From: Octopus sinensis
Taxonomy: Eukaryota
DNA length: 64,000 bases
Assembly: GCF_006345805.1 (NCBI RefSeq)
Contig: NC_043016.1
Coordinates: 21,018,001-21,082,000 of the forward strand
Direction: 5' to 3'
Made by a program: the position numbers and the translations under genes. Position 1 is the first letter of the stretch, and the number at the start of each line of letters is the position of its first letter. The notes beneath the pieces are model-generated. The model searched no databases. It worked only from the letters and a program-made list of their open reading frames with translations, and had not been told where the DNA came from. Of this stretch, positions 13,800 to 25,306 are shown piece after piece.

Positions 13800-14113
13800 C
13801 AATAATAATAATGTATTTTGAAGGCACAACAATGCCCTATAATAACACAATGGACTATAATATTTTGGAATATAAAAATTCCTTCTTCAGATATCCCTAG
13901 GAATTGATCAAGTCACTGCTATAATCGATTTTCCAATAGTTATAAAATCGATTACAGTGGTGACTTGATCAATTCCTAGGGATATCTGAAGAAGGAATTT
14001 TTATATTCCAAAATATTATATCAGACTATGGATGATTAAATTATAACAGTTATTATGGTCCATTGTTGTTATTATAGTGCATTGTTGTACCATTCAAAAC
14101 ATTATTATTTATT
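13800..14113. repeat. Long foldback (inverted repeat), probably an inverted Penelope pseudo-LTR
   Basis: Near-perfect inner arms at 13857-13920 and 13955-14020, plus looser outer arms. Each arm holds CTGAAGAAGGAAT-TTTTAT-ATTCCAAAA. Confidence 0.7.
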
Positions 14114-14114
14114 A

Positions 14115-14515
14115 CTAGCAGTATCGCCCGGCGTTGCTCGGGTTTATAAGGGAAATAACTATATAAACATTTTTAGAGAGTTATAGCCAAAAAATAGCAA
14201 AAAAATGCATTAAAAATGGGAAAAAAATGATGGTAAATTTTTTTTTAAATCGTTGATTCATTGTAGAAATTTTTAGAGAGTTACTTCCCTTATATAATAG
14301 CGAAAAAATGCATTAAAATGGAAAAAAATTATGGTAATTTTTTTTTTAAATCGTAGACTCATCGTAGACGCGCGCTAATACCCAAAAAGGCTCGATATGA
14401 ATCACGACTATAAGATACCCGCTTTTGGTTAAACTGCACCGCAAAATGTGAGAGTAGTTAGGAATCTAAATCGTAGGAGACAGACAGCACACAACCTCAC
14501 TTTTATATATAAAGA
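14115..14515 (-). mobile_element. Short non-autonomous Helitron
   Basis: On the minus strand, A|TCTTTATATATAAAA ... CCCGAGCAACGCCGGG...CTAG|T: canonical TC and CTAG ends inserted at an AT dinucleotide. Homologous to 2360-2560 and 3160-3191. Confidence 0.88.
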
Positions 14516-14764
14516 TTTTTTACAAACAGTGCACAATGCATCAAGTGTGCAACAACACTCTCCTATATATATATATATATATATATATATACTACAATCC
14601 ACAATGGAACACTTTCAGAGGCAGTTGACCATTTAACATACTACTATCATGGCACTCCCCCATTCTTCTTCTTCTTCTTTTTCTTCTTCTCCTCCTCCTC
14701 CCCTTTCTTCTTCTTCTCCTACCAAGAATTCACAACGACCTCGAACCCACAAGAGTAAACAAGA

Positions 14765-15060
14765 GACACAGAAACAGGCAGAAACAAGGAAAATGCCACT
14801 TGTATTTGAACACTGTGCAAATATTCTTTAAAAAAACTTTTCTCTTAATTTTTCCAAAACTTAATTGTTTTCCCTACTTACAGTTGAACACTGTGCAAAT
14901 ATTCAGAAACAGAAACAGGCAGAAACAAGGAAAATGCCACTTGTATTTGAACACTGTGCAAATATTCTTTAAAAAAACTTTTCTCTTAATTTTTCCAAAA
15001 CTTAATTGTTTTCCCTACTTACAGTTGAAAAAGTTTCAATGACTGAAACCAGTGCTGAAA
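14765..15060 (+). repeat. ~130-bp tandem duplication, probably in a Penelope-like 3' relic
   Basis: ACAGAAACAGGCAGAAACAAGGAAAATGCCACTTG...CCCTACTTACAGTTGAA occurs twice. Confidence 0.75.
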
Positions 15061-15134
15061 TGTTTTTTTATAAAATTATTTTAGCATTTTCTATCTTGAC
15101 TTTTTTTACACACGCCCCCCCCCCACACACACAC

Positions 15135-15298
15135 ATATACACATGATGGGCTCTTTTCAGTTTCCATCTACCTCATCTTCCCACAAGGCTTTGGTTGGCC
15201 CAAGACAATATTATAGGACACACTTGCCCAAGGTACCATGCTGGGGGCAGAACCTGGAACTGTGCGATTGGGAAACAAGCTTCTTATCACACAGCCAC
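15135..15298 (-). mobile_element. SINE family B 5' fragment
   Basis: CTTTTCAGTTTCCATCTACC...CACTTGCCCAAGG...CACACAGCCAC. Confidence 0.7.
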
Positions 15299-15359
15299 AT
15301 TATCAAATATATTTTATTATTACTATCTTCAAGATTAAAAATCTTGTGGGAATTATTAT

Positions 15360-15960
15360 AGAATATCCTTGCTGCCAGTTGTAGGGAAAATATTTGCAAG
15401 AATCCTAAGCCATCTGCAGACCATTGTGGAGATTTTTCCTTACAGTTTTTGTACCTCTCATGGCACAACAGACATAGTTGTCAACAAGAGGAAAAAAACA
15501 GATAACTACAGAAACTACTCTTCTTTGTCTTCTACAACCAGGAAAAGGCTTTTGACAGAGAAACCACATGAATGGTTCTTCAATATATTGGTTCGGGTAT
15601 AACAGTGGTTCAGGTATAACATGCCTGAATACATGCAAATTGAAGCAGGGTCGTGTTCTTGCACCTACACTCTTCTTATATTTGTCTGTTATGCTTTTTG
15701 AACTTTTTCCAGACAATCCAAGTATTGACATCAGATGGATGTATTAAGGGTGGACTGTTTAACATAGCAAAATTTCAATTTCCTTGACTTACCAACATCC
15801 AGAGCATCTCAAAAATTCAACACATGGATATCAATGAAACTCTCTGTCACATATATTTAGAATCCCAGAAATCAGTCAACAACTTCACTAGGCATAGTGT
15901 TTGCCACACAGTGAATGTCAAGAAGTCTTAAAACCTCACCCAACCGGCTCTGAAAGTATT
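15360..15960 (+). mobile_element. Degenerate RTE-BovB-like RT fragment
   Basis: VVGKIFARIL, SHGTTDI, KQGRVLAPTL motifs. Confidence 0.65.
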
Positions 15961-15975
15961 CTTTCCAACAAACAC

Positions 15976-16186
15976 TAGGAGGTGCTGAAAAGTTCTTGGC
16001 TTTGGGTAAAAGAAAATACAGGAGGAGGATCAGTTTATTATGGTTTTATTCAACATATTCTCCTCTCAGATTTATACACTTATTGCAGTGGACCTTCAGT
16101 TTTTCTAAGCCCTGTAAAAGAAATCAGACAGCTGGACCTCCAACCAGGCCTTTCACGATACCCTTAAAGCCAGGGACTTTTCAACA
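15976..16186. mobile_element. ~210-bp mariner-like MITE
   Basis: TIR-like ends GGTGCTGAAAAGTTCTTGGCTTT and AAAGCCAGGGACTTTTCAACAC; a second copy in opposite orientation at 54830-55042. Confidence 0.7.
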
Positions 16187-16189
16187 CAC

Positions 16190-16535
16190 ACACACATATA
16201 TATTAGTAAAAGTAAAATGGATCTCCATCGGTTTCAACGATGAGTATTCAAGTTCACATTGTTCAATGAACTGACCTACCCACTGATAAGCGGCTGTGTC
16301 TTCTACAGACACCGGTACCCTAACATAATCGTCGGGCAGAGTCAACGGAACACTCTTTAGTACAGGGGTTCCTTTAATTACAGGTATTATCCATCTGACA
16401 GGTTTCCACAGGCTCCGTTTGTCCACTTTCGCTTGAGCCAATGATGAAGACCTCAATGTGATCGACAGACACACTGAAAGAAATAACAAATTCTCCCTCA
16501 AATCATACCTTAAAAAAGAATGTTCCATCTAAAGT
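16190..16535. repeat. Dispersed duplicate of 23008-23356, unknown origin
   Basis: Near-identical ~345 bp with a few substitutions and one 1-bp indel. Confidence 0.85.
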
Positions 16536-16614
16536 ATATATATAAATATACTTTGGAAAAGGATGTAGAACATAGAACTGAATCAAGCCACTCATTATTT
16601 AAGAATAAACATCA

Positions 16615-17262
16615 TCATCATCATCATCGTTTAACGTCCGCTTTCCATGCTAGCATGGGTTGGACGGTTCAACTGGGGTCTGGCAAGCCCGAAGGCTGCA
16701 CCAGGCCAGTCAGATCTGGCAGTGTTTCTACAGCTGGATGCCCTTCCTAACGCCAACCACTCCGAGAGTGTAGTGGGTGATTTTATGTGCCACCGACACA
16801 GGTGCCAGACGAGGCTGGCAGACGGCCACGCTCGGATGGTGTTTTTTATGTGCCACCGACACAGGTGCCAGACGAGGCTGGCTGACGGCCACGCTCGGAT
16901 GGTGTTTTCTCATGTGTCACCGACACAGGTGCCAGACGAGGCTGGCGGACGTTTGTTACGTGCCCTCAGCACGGAGGCCAGTCGTTGCAGTACTGGCTAC
17001 GGTCACGTTCGGATGGTTTTCTTATGTGCCACCGGAACTGGTACCACAAGGAAACAAATTCCATTGATGTTCATCTATTTTGATTTGGTTCGATTTGATT
17101 TGATTTGATTCGATTCTCACTTGCCTCAACAGGTCTTCACAAGTGTCACAAGAAGGAAGGTATGCACAGGTGGACTGACTACGTCCCAGGTAGGGGCCAC
17201 GGATTATGGCTTCACTAGTCTTGCCGGGTCTTCTCACGCACAGCATACTTCCATAGGTCTCT
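16615..17262 (-). mobile_element. RTE 3' UTR fragment, near-identical to 8555-9225
   Basis: Same ~62-bp modules, (GATTT)n run and (GAT)n tail. Confidence 0.9.
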
Positions 17263-17469
17263 AACCTCAAAATTAAATTGACAGTCTATCAAACTGTTAT
17301 CATCTCAACATTATTACAGTTGTGAAACATGGACACTTTATTATGGCAGCATCAAAAATGTGGAGTATGCCCATCAACAAAAAACTCTTCACCTCTTAAA
17401 TATCAAATGGGAGGGCTACATCAACAACAATGCAATCTTGGAAAAACCCAACAGCTGAATCATAGAATC

Positions 17470-20400
17470 AACCATGAGAAAGCACTAGCTACAATGGTTA
17501 GAAAATGTGGTCAGCAAGAAGAGAGAGTTTTCCTCATCGAATACTCATCAGTGAATTAACTGTCAAAATCTTCTGGGAAGGTAACAGTAATGGAGTAGGT
17601 GGTGTGGGTATACTTCTTGCAGAGAAAAGGGTGGATAAGGTTATAGAGGTAGTCAGAGTGTGTGTGATAGAGCACTTAAGCTCAGGCTAGTCTTGCAGAA
17701 TAGTATAGCTACAATTATATCTGCCTACGCCCCACAAGCGTGCTTACCAAATGAACAGAAGGACCACTTTTATGATATTCATCTGCAGGCTACCTCAAAG
17801 ATGAGTGACAATGATCTCATCTTCGTGGCTGGGGATTTCAATAGGCAGGCTAGTATCTTCCATGGTGTACATGGGAGCCATTGAATTGGTTCCTGAAATG
17901 ACGAGAGAACAAGGCTACTGGACTTCTGTGATGCCAATAATCTATTGATCTGCAACACCAACTTCAGGAACCCAACCAATCACCTGATAACCTATCAATC
18001 AGGTAACTCTGCCAGCCATATCGATTTCATTTTCATCAGACAGCAGGATGCACAATTGCTCTTAAACAAAAAGACCCTCTTTGGTGAAGAATGTACTCCC
18101 ACAGCATAGACTAGTCACTAGTGCCTTTAGATGCCAAGAGGCAGACCAATATGGAAAAGAAGGACTTGGAAGCTTAAGGACCTTCATATGGTCAGAGATT
18201 TAGGGACATTTTAATTGAGAAATTTGATGAAATAGAGGAGGAGCTACAAACTTGTGACATAGTGGGTAACTGGGAATTCCTGCAAGACATTGCTGAGTGC
18301 CACAGACTAAATCTGTGGCTGGTGCAAAGTCCCTTCTAGACCTAGGGTAACATGGTAGTGGAACCATACTATAGAAAGGACCATTAGAGCAAAGAAACAG
18401 GCCTAGAAGGCCTGGAAGAGTGAGGGCAGCAGGGAACTGCGTCAGATTGCCAGAAGGGAAGCTAGGGGACAGATATATCTAGCCAAGGGAGAAGCAGAAA
18501 AGAAGAAGTCTGCCTATGTTGAGCATCGTGAGGACCAAAGAGCTGAAGACTGCTGAACATTGAGAATAAATGGGAGGAAAAGAGTCTGCCAAATGTTAAC
18601 CCAATTGATAGACCAGCTACCCAAATCGACAGTAGATAAAGCAATTAAGGATATGAAAACAGATTAAGACCCCCAGCCAATCAGGAATCTCCGCTGAAAT
18701 ACTTAAAATATCTGGTGGTGTGGGTTATGGTCTGGTCACCCATATAGTAAATCAGGTTGTTCATGAAAGAGTCATACCCAGTGACTGGTGTAGCAGCACC
18801 ATAACTGCTACAAAGGTAAAGGTGATGCTTTAGATAAAAATAATTACAGGGGTATCAAATTGTTGGATCAGGTGATGAAAGTTACAGAGAGAGTCATAGC
18901 CCAACTAATTAAGGAGAGAGTCAGTTTAGATGAGATGCAGTTTAATTTTGTGCCAGGGCGAAGTGCCACTGATGCTATATTTCTGGTAAGGCAGTTGTAG
19001 GAGAAATACATAGCTAAAGATAAACCCCTATACTTGGCTTTTGTTGACTTGGAGAAAGCCTTTGACAGGATCCCCCAATCCCTTATATGGTGATCAATGC
19101 AGAAATTAGGGATAAACGAGTAGTTGGTGAGAGTTTTTGTACAAGCCATGTACAGGGATGCTATCAGTAGTGTGAGGGTTAGCAATGAGTACAGCAAAGA
19201 ATTCAGGGTACAAGTAAGGGTTCACCAAGTATTGGTGCTCAGCCCCCTCTTGTTCATCATAGTCTTCCAGGCAAAAACAGAGGAATTCAAGACAGGCTGC
19301 TCCTGGGAGCTCCTCTGAGCTGATGACCTTGCTCTTAATGCTGAATCACTACCTGAACTAAAGAAGTTCTAGGTATGGAAGCAAGGTCTAGGATCAAAGG
19401 GCCTTAGAGTTAACCTAGCAAAAACCTAAGTCTTAGTAAATAGAAAGCAGTCAAATCACAAGTCTCTTCAGGTAGATGGCCCTGCTCAATCTGTAGGAAA
19501 GGTGTAGGTAGAAACTCCATAAGATGCACCCAATGTAAGCTTTGGACACATAATAGGTGCAGCAACATTAGAAGAAGGTTAACAGGGAAACTTTTGAATG
19601 TGGAAGGTGCACAGGTACAATAAACGCTGAAAATGTGCAGAAAATAGACTCCATCAACTGCTTTCATCAACACTATGAACCTTGATTAGCAGGCTCAAAA
19701 CTTGTCCTTGCTCAGAATCTGTTTATTCCTCGGAACCAATATTGTTGTGACCGTATGATTGGCACGTAAAGCTTTCATTATCTAGGTGACCAAGTTAGTA
19801 GTGGAGTATAGCTGTCAGAATAAGATTAGGCTGGGCAAAATTCAAAGAGCTCCAACCCCTACTGGCAACAAAGGGCTTCTCTCTTAGATTGTTCGATTCC
19901 TCTGTGCAAACAGCTATGCTGCATAGCAGTGAAACATGGGCTATGACAGCTGAGAACATGCATAGGCGTGAAAGAAATGAAGCCAGTATGCTTCGCAGGA
20001 TGTGTAATGCCAGTGTGCATGTTTGACAGAGTGTAAGCATCTTGATAGAAAAGTTAGGTATAAGAGGAATCAGATATGGTGCGCAAGAGAGACGACTGTG
20101 CTGGTATGTGATGCATATAGGCAAGGACAGTTGTGTAAAGAAGTGCCAATCTCTAAATGTGGAGGAAACCTATGGTAGAGGTAGAACCAGGAAGACATCG
20201 GATGAGGTGGTGAAGCATGATCTTTGAACTTTGAGCCTCACAGAGGCAATGACTAGCGACCAAGATCTTTGGCAATGTGCTGTATTTGAGAGGATCCATC
20301 AAGCCGAGTGCACCCATGCTGGTGGCATGTAAAGAACATCTTTCAAGCATTGGGCCTCACGGAAGCAAAGTGGCTGAGTTCCTTTCAAGCATTGGGTTTA

Positions 20401-20690
20401 ATGGAGACAATGACCAAGACCTTTCATGTTATGTCATGCTTGAGAAGAAGATCCATCAAGCCGAGCAAAATTGCAGCTGTTTTCAGATATTGGTGTCACA
20501 CAAATTGGCACTCATGCCGGCGGCACATAAAAGCACCCATTACACTCTCAGAGTGGTTGGCGTTAGGAAACCATACCAAATCAGACTGGAATCGGGTGCA
20601 GCCTTCTAGCAGGCCAGCCCAGTTAAACCATCCAACCCATGCCAGCATGGACAAGGACATTGAATGATGGTGATGATGATGATGTAAAGA
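17470..20690 (+). mobile_element. Degenerate near-complete RTE LINE (APE, RT, tail)
   Basis: FWEGNSNGVGGVGILL, ISAYAPQ, VAGDFN, CYKGKGDA, VLSPLLF, ELL*ADDLA, SETW, (GAT)n tail; many stops. Confidence 0.9.
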
Positions 20691-20759
20691 CAACAAAGAG
20701 GTCCTTTCTGCCATTTCAAAGTCCAGTTAAAATCAGTTTTTACATGTCTGGTACTGAGA

Positions 20760-22690
20760 CAAAAGCATGTGAAGCTGAAACATAGAGTTGCTTCTCTGGT
20801 ACATATGGAAGGCCTTGATGATGATATAAGAAAGGAGAGTTGCTGATCAGTGGAGAGGAAAGGAATTTGGATTCATATCATCAATTTCATTGTTAAAAGT
20901 TGAAGAGGTGTTTTTAATGTTGTTTCCCAATGACCAACAGAGTTTCTTCTCAAGCAGAAGATTAGGATTCTTGGTGGTCCTGGTCACTTGGAAGACAACA
21001 GTGTAGTTACAAAGCACATCAGAAAAACCCATGAGAGCAGAAGTAATCTAGTTGTATCAGACAAATGCCTATGAGTCCATACCACATTGACAAGGTGAAT
21101 TTGCAACTGCATCACCATGTTCCTAGGAAACTCAATGACCTTGTTCCTGGGTTACTACAATAATTTCTAGGTCAAAAACTAATATCAAACTCCAGAGGTA
21201 CTGCTAGTCTCAGTTATTCTTTTAGCCCTTGCCTTGAACAGGGTGGCTGAGTCAGCCAAGAAGGGATGTAGAGGCCTTCTAACCAAGTCTACAATAAGAG
21301 TATCTATTGCCAATCATACAGTCACAACAATATTGGTTCCAAGGAATAAACATTCTGAGCAAGGACGAGTTTTGAGCCTGCTAATCAAGGTTCATAGTGT
21401 TGATGAAAGTAGTTGACAGATTCCATTTCTCAATATTCAGAACTGTCATCTCCTTCATCACAGTGCAACCAGTCAAGAACCTAGGGAACCTCTTCTGCTG
21501 CTATTCAAATATTCAAGAAAGACTTTGAAAACATGCTTCACCAAGGTTAGTAAGTCGGGTTCACCTGTATTTACCAACATTCTACCCTACCCTAAGTGCA
21601 TCTGCTAGTTTGTATGTTTTCATTAATAGTAGAATCCTTTGAAAGATGACATTCTCTACAAATGGCTGGAGTTCCCCTGCAGCCTCAACAGTGAAGCATT
21701 GTATGGGAGCAGTTAGATCTCTTGCAGTTCCTTATTAGTGGTATCATGAAGATTTTAAGATAACATGAGCAAGAGAAATCTGTAAGTACAAAGACTCCTA
21801 AGACTAGAAAGCAGTGCAAGTGACAGGAATCATGCCTAAGGCAAAAGAAGATGTGTGTTGGCAACAGGCAGAGCAGACTGTGATACTTCCCAGAGACTCA
21901 GGACAAGGAGGCATCATCTCCTTTGGGAGGAAGTCCAAGCAAGTGCAGAGGAAACAACGAGACAGAAATGTGGGGCTCAGGCACTATGGACATGTGGGAG
22001 AATGTGCAGCAGCACAAGATATACTTGCAGGCAGACTTCTGCTGTGTCTAGTTTCTTGTCCAAGCTGTCCAAATGCCTTGCCAAACCCAACTAATCTTCA
22101 CATTCAGATCAAGAATGAGACAGCATCTTGTCTTTTCTGCCTTTTGGGGTGCTACTGTGACACCATGACCAGATGCTCAAGGTAGCTACTGAGAGCTTAG
22201 CTACTTAGTCATTAGTGAATGTAAATATCCACTACGCAATTTAATTTGTGAAAGCTGTAGAGAAACTGAATCTACAACCAAAAACAAGAGTATGCCTCCT
22301 CTGAACAGTCTTTGACATTGTATGTCAATTTGGGTAGACAGTTTGAAATGTTGAAATTTCCAAAGAATATAATTCTGGCATGATCATCACCTCTGACACA
22401 CCAAAACAAGTGAACATGCTGGAAATTACAGTGTCCTGGGAAGAATGCATTGATGAAGCCTATGAGAGGAAACAGTGAAGTATCAGGAAATGTTGGAGAA
22501 GTGCCAGAATAAAGGCTAGAAAACACTGAGCATATAAGTGGGCTGTAGAGGTTTAACAGGGTGCTCACTCTATAAAGCCCTCTACCAATTGGGTTTTACA
22601 AGGGTGCAAATGGGTCATTCAGTCTGCAAGTGAAGAAACAGAAAAAGCACCAGATGAATATGGATTAAGAGGGCTGGACCAGAGACTGCT
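20760..22690 (+). mobile_element. Degenerate HERO/R2-superfamily non-LTR retrotransposon (RT plus RLE)
   Basis: NAYESIPH, LF.LALNRVAESAKKGCRG, TVTT, PVKNLGNLF and, at the C-terminus, MLEITVSWEECIDEAYERK (compare ELTVPWEE...EAYERK) and VGCRGF. Confidence 0.75.
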
Positions 22691-23586
22691 AATGTTTGGA
22701 TGTTTCTAAACAATCCTTGTTGGGTCACATGGCTGGGGTGTCTCTATGTTGAGACCAGAAACACCTGATGATACTTGATTACACTACTGTTGAGGTGTCC
22801 CAGCATATCCAGAAGCTGGAAGTGCTGACAAGGTTGTCTTCGTTTTCCTCGTCGAAGTTATTCAAAGTAAGGATGTAGAATTTAAGGAGAGAGAGAAACT
22901 ATTGCACTCTTGTCATCACTTCTAGCTTAAATAAATTTACAATTTTTTACATTTCAAGTTAATCTTGAATTGATCTGAGTTCGTTTTATTTTTCAGTTCT
23001 AACGAACACACACACACACACATATATTAGTAAAAGTAAAATGGATCTCCATCGGTTTCAATGATGAGTATTCAAGTTCACATTGTTCAATGAACTGACC
23101 TACCCACTGATAAGTGGCTGTGTCTTCTACAGACACCGGTACCCTAACGTAATCGTTGGGCAGAGTCAACGGAACACTCTTTAGTACAGGGGTTCCTTTA
23201 ATTACAGTATTATCCATCTGACAGGTTCCCACAGGCTCCGTTTGTCCACTTTCGCTCGAGCCAATGATGAAGACCTCAATGTGATCGACAGACACGCTGA
23301 AAGAAATAACAAATTCTCCCTCAAATCATACCTTAAAAAAGAATGTTCCATCTAAAAAACGAATCGTCATGGTTAGAATATCCTTGATCTTAGATCTGAG
23401 CCGGTCCGGCGTAGCCTAGAGCTGAAGAACAGCAATCCAATTTCTCGCACAAGGTTGGATCAAGGCTACAGATATAAAAGACATTTACGCAAGATGCTAC
23501 GCCACGGGAACGGAACTAGGATCTCATGAATGCAAAATAAACTTCTTAACCACTGACATGCCAGCATATATGTGTGTGTGTGTGTG

Positions 23587-23623
<37 letters not shown>

Positions 23624-23688
23624 GTTAGATTACACAACATAAACATATAGAAATTAAATATCAGTAAAATATCAGTCGAAACACTCAC

Positions 23689-23899
23689 CTTTGCACTCTG
23701 CGTCGGCACAAAGACGCAAATTTGAAACCTTGTTCAAAGCATCAACGTGGCAGATAGGAGAGATTGTCAACAGGAGTAAGAACAATAATAGTGGAAAATT
23801 TAAGAAAACCGGCGAAGGCGAAATCTTTCGATGGTCCCGCGTAAACTGTCCGCTGGCAGTGTTTCTATGTGAATTGTCAGTTTTGTGTATGTTCCACAT
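23689..23899 (-). CDS. TANGO1: First coding exon of a MIA-SH3 protein, probably TANGO1/MIA3
   Basis: MWNIHK...VFLNFPLLLFLLLLTISPICHVDA-LNKVSNLRLCADAECK followed by G|GTGAGT (phase 1 donor). A signal peptide followed by LCADxEC marks the MIA/OTOR/TANGO1 family, whose exon 1 ends at this point. The start Met is uncertain (alternatives at 23923 and 24058). Confidence 0.75.
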
Positions 23900-24139
23900 G
23901 GGGCGGACCGTTGCCGTGACCATCTGTTGTGGTTCTGGTAGTAGAAATAGTAACGGTATTGGTGCTGTAGTGGGTGTTATTCTACTCCTTGTAGTGGTAG
24001 TATTCCTGCACGCGACTGAATTTGAAACCGTATGGCAAGCGTCGTCAGCAAGTGACATGGCGTATGTCAGGTGTTGAAATTATATACATACACTCTCACA
24101 CATCTCTCTCTCTCTCTATCTATCAATCTTTCTCCCTCG

Positions 24140-24174
<35 letters not shown>

Positions 24175-24520
24175 GTATATATATGTGAGTGTGTGTGTGG
24201 TGTGTGTGTGTTTGTGCGCGCGTGCGTGCTGTATATAGGTCCGTAAATATGTGCGTATTACTGTATATAGCGATGTATTTATATGAAGTTTGTGTATGTG
24301 TCTATAACAGTATATATATATATATATGTATATATATATGGATGCGTATGTATGTAAATATAGCCTTTGTTTAAATGGATATATATTTATATATGTTCAC
24401 ATACGTGTATGCGTGTTATATACATTTATATATATATATATAATATATATAATATGTTAGATTACACAACATAAACATATAGAAATTAAATATCAGTAAA
24501 ATATCAGTCGAAACACTCAC

Positions 24521-24730
24521 CTTTGCACTCTGCGTCGGCACAAAGACGCAAATTTGAAACCTTGTTCAAAGCATCAACGTGGCAGATAGGAGAGATTGTC
24601 AACAGGAGTAAGAACAATAATAGTGGAAAATTTAAGAAAACGGCGAAGGCGAAATCTTTCGATGGTCCCGCGTAAACTGTCCGCTGGCAGTGTTTCTATG
24701 TGAATTGTCAGTTTTGTGTATGTTCCACAT
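24521..24730 (-). pseudogene. Second copy of the TANGO1-like exon 1 with a 1-nt deletion
   Basis: Identical to 23689-23899 except AAGAAAACGGCG versus AAGAAAACCGGCG, which frameshifts between the Met and the signal peptide. Confidence 0.7.
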
Positions 24731-24961
24731 GGGGCGGACCGTTGCCGTGACCATCTGTTGTGGTTCTGGTAGTAGAAATAGTAACGGTATTGGTGCTGTA
24801 GTGGGTGTTATTCTACTCCTTGTAGTGGTAGTATTCCTGCACGCGACTGAATTTGAAACCGTATGGCAAGCGTCGTCAGCAAGTGACATGGCGTATGTCA
24901 GGTGTTGAAATTATATACATACACTCTCACACATCTCTCTCTCTCTCTATCTATCAATCTT

Positions 24962-25004
<43 letters not shown>

Positions 25005-25271
25005 ATATATGTGAGTGTGTGTGTGTGTGTGTGTGTGTTTGTGCGCGCGTGCGTGCTGTATATAGGTCCGTAAATATGTGCGTATTACTGTATATAGCGA
25101 TGTATTTATATGAAGTTTGTGTATGTGTCTATAAACAGTATATATATATATATATGTATATATATATGGATGCGTATGTATGTAAATATAGCCTTTGTTT
25201 AAATGGATATATATTTATATATGTTCACATACGTGTATGCGTGTTATATACATTTATATATATATATATAT

Positions 25272-25306
<35 letters not shown>

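Larger units (their letters stand above)
23605..25270. repeat. ~830-bp tandem duplication (2 units)
   Basis: Donor sites are 832 bp apart; the flanking (CT)n/(GT)n/(TA)n runs differ in length between units. Confidence 0.9.

Noticed and set aside
22725-22810. Hammerhead ribozyme in the HERO 3' UTR (GAAACACC, CTGATGA)
   Set aside because: The motif order and stems do not assemble into a valid hammerhead core
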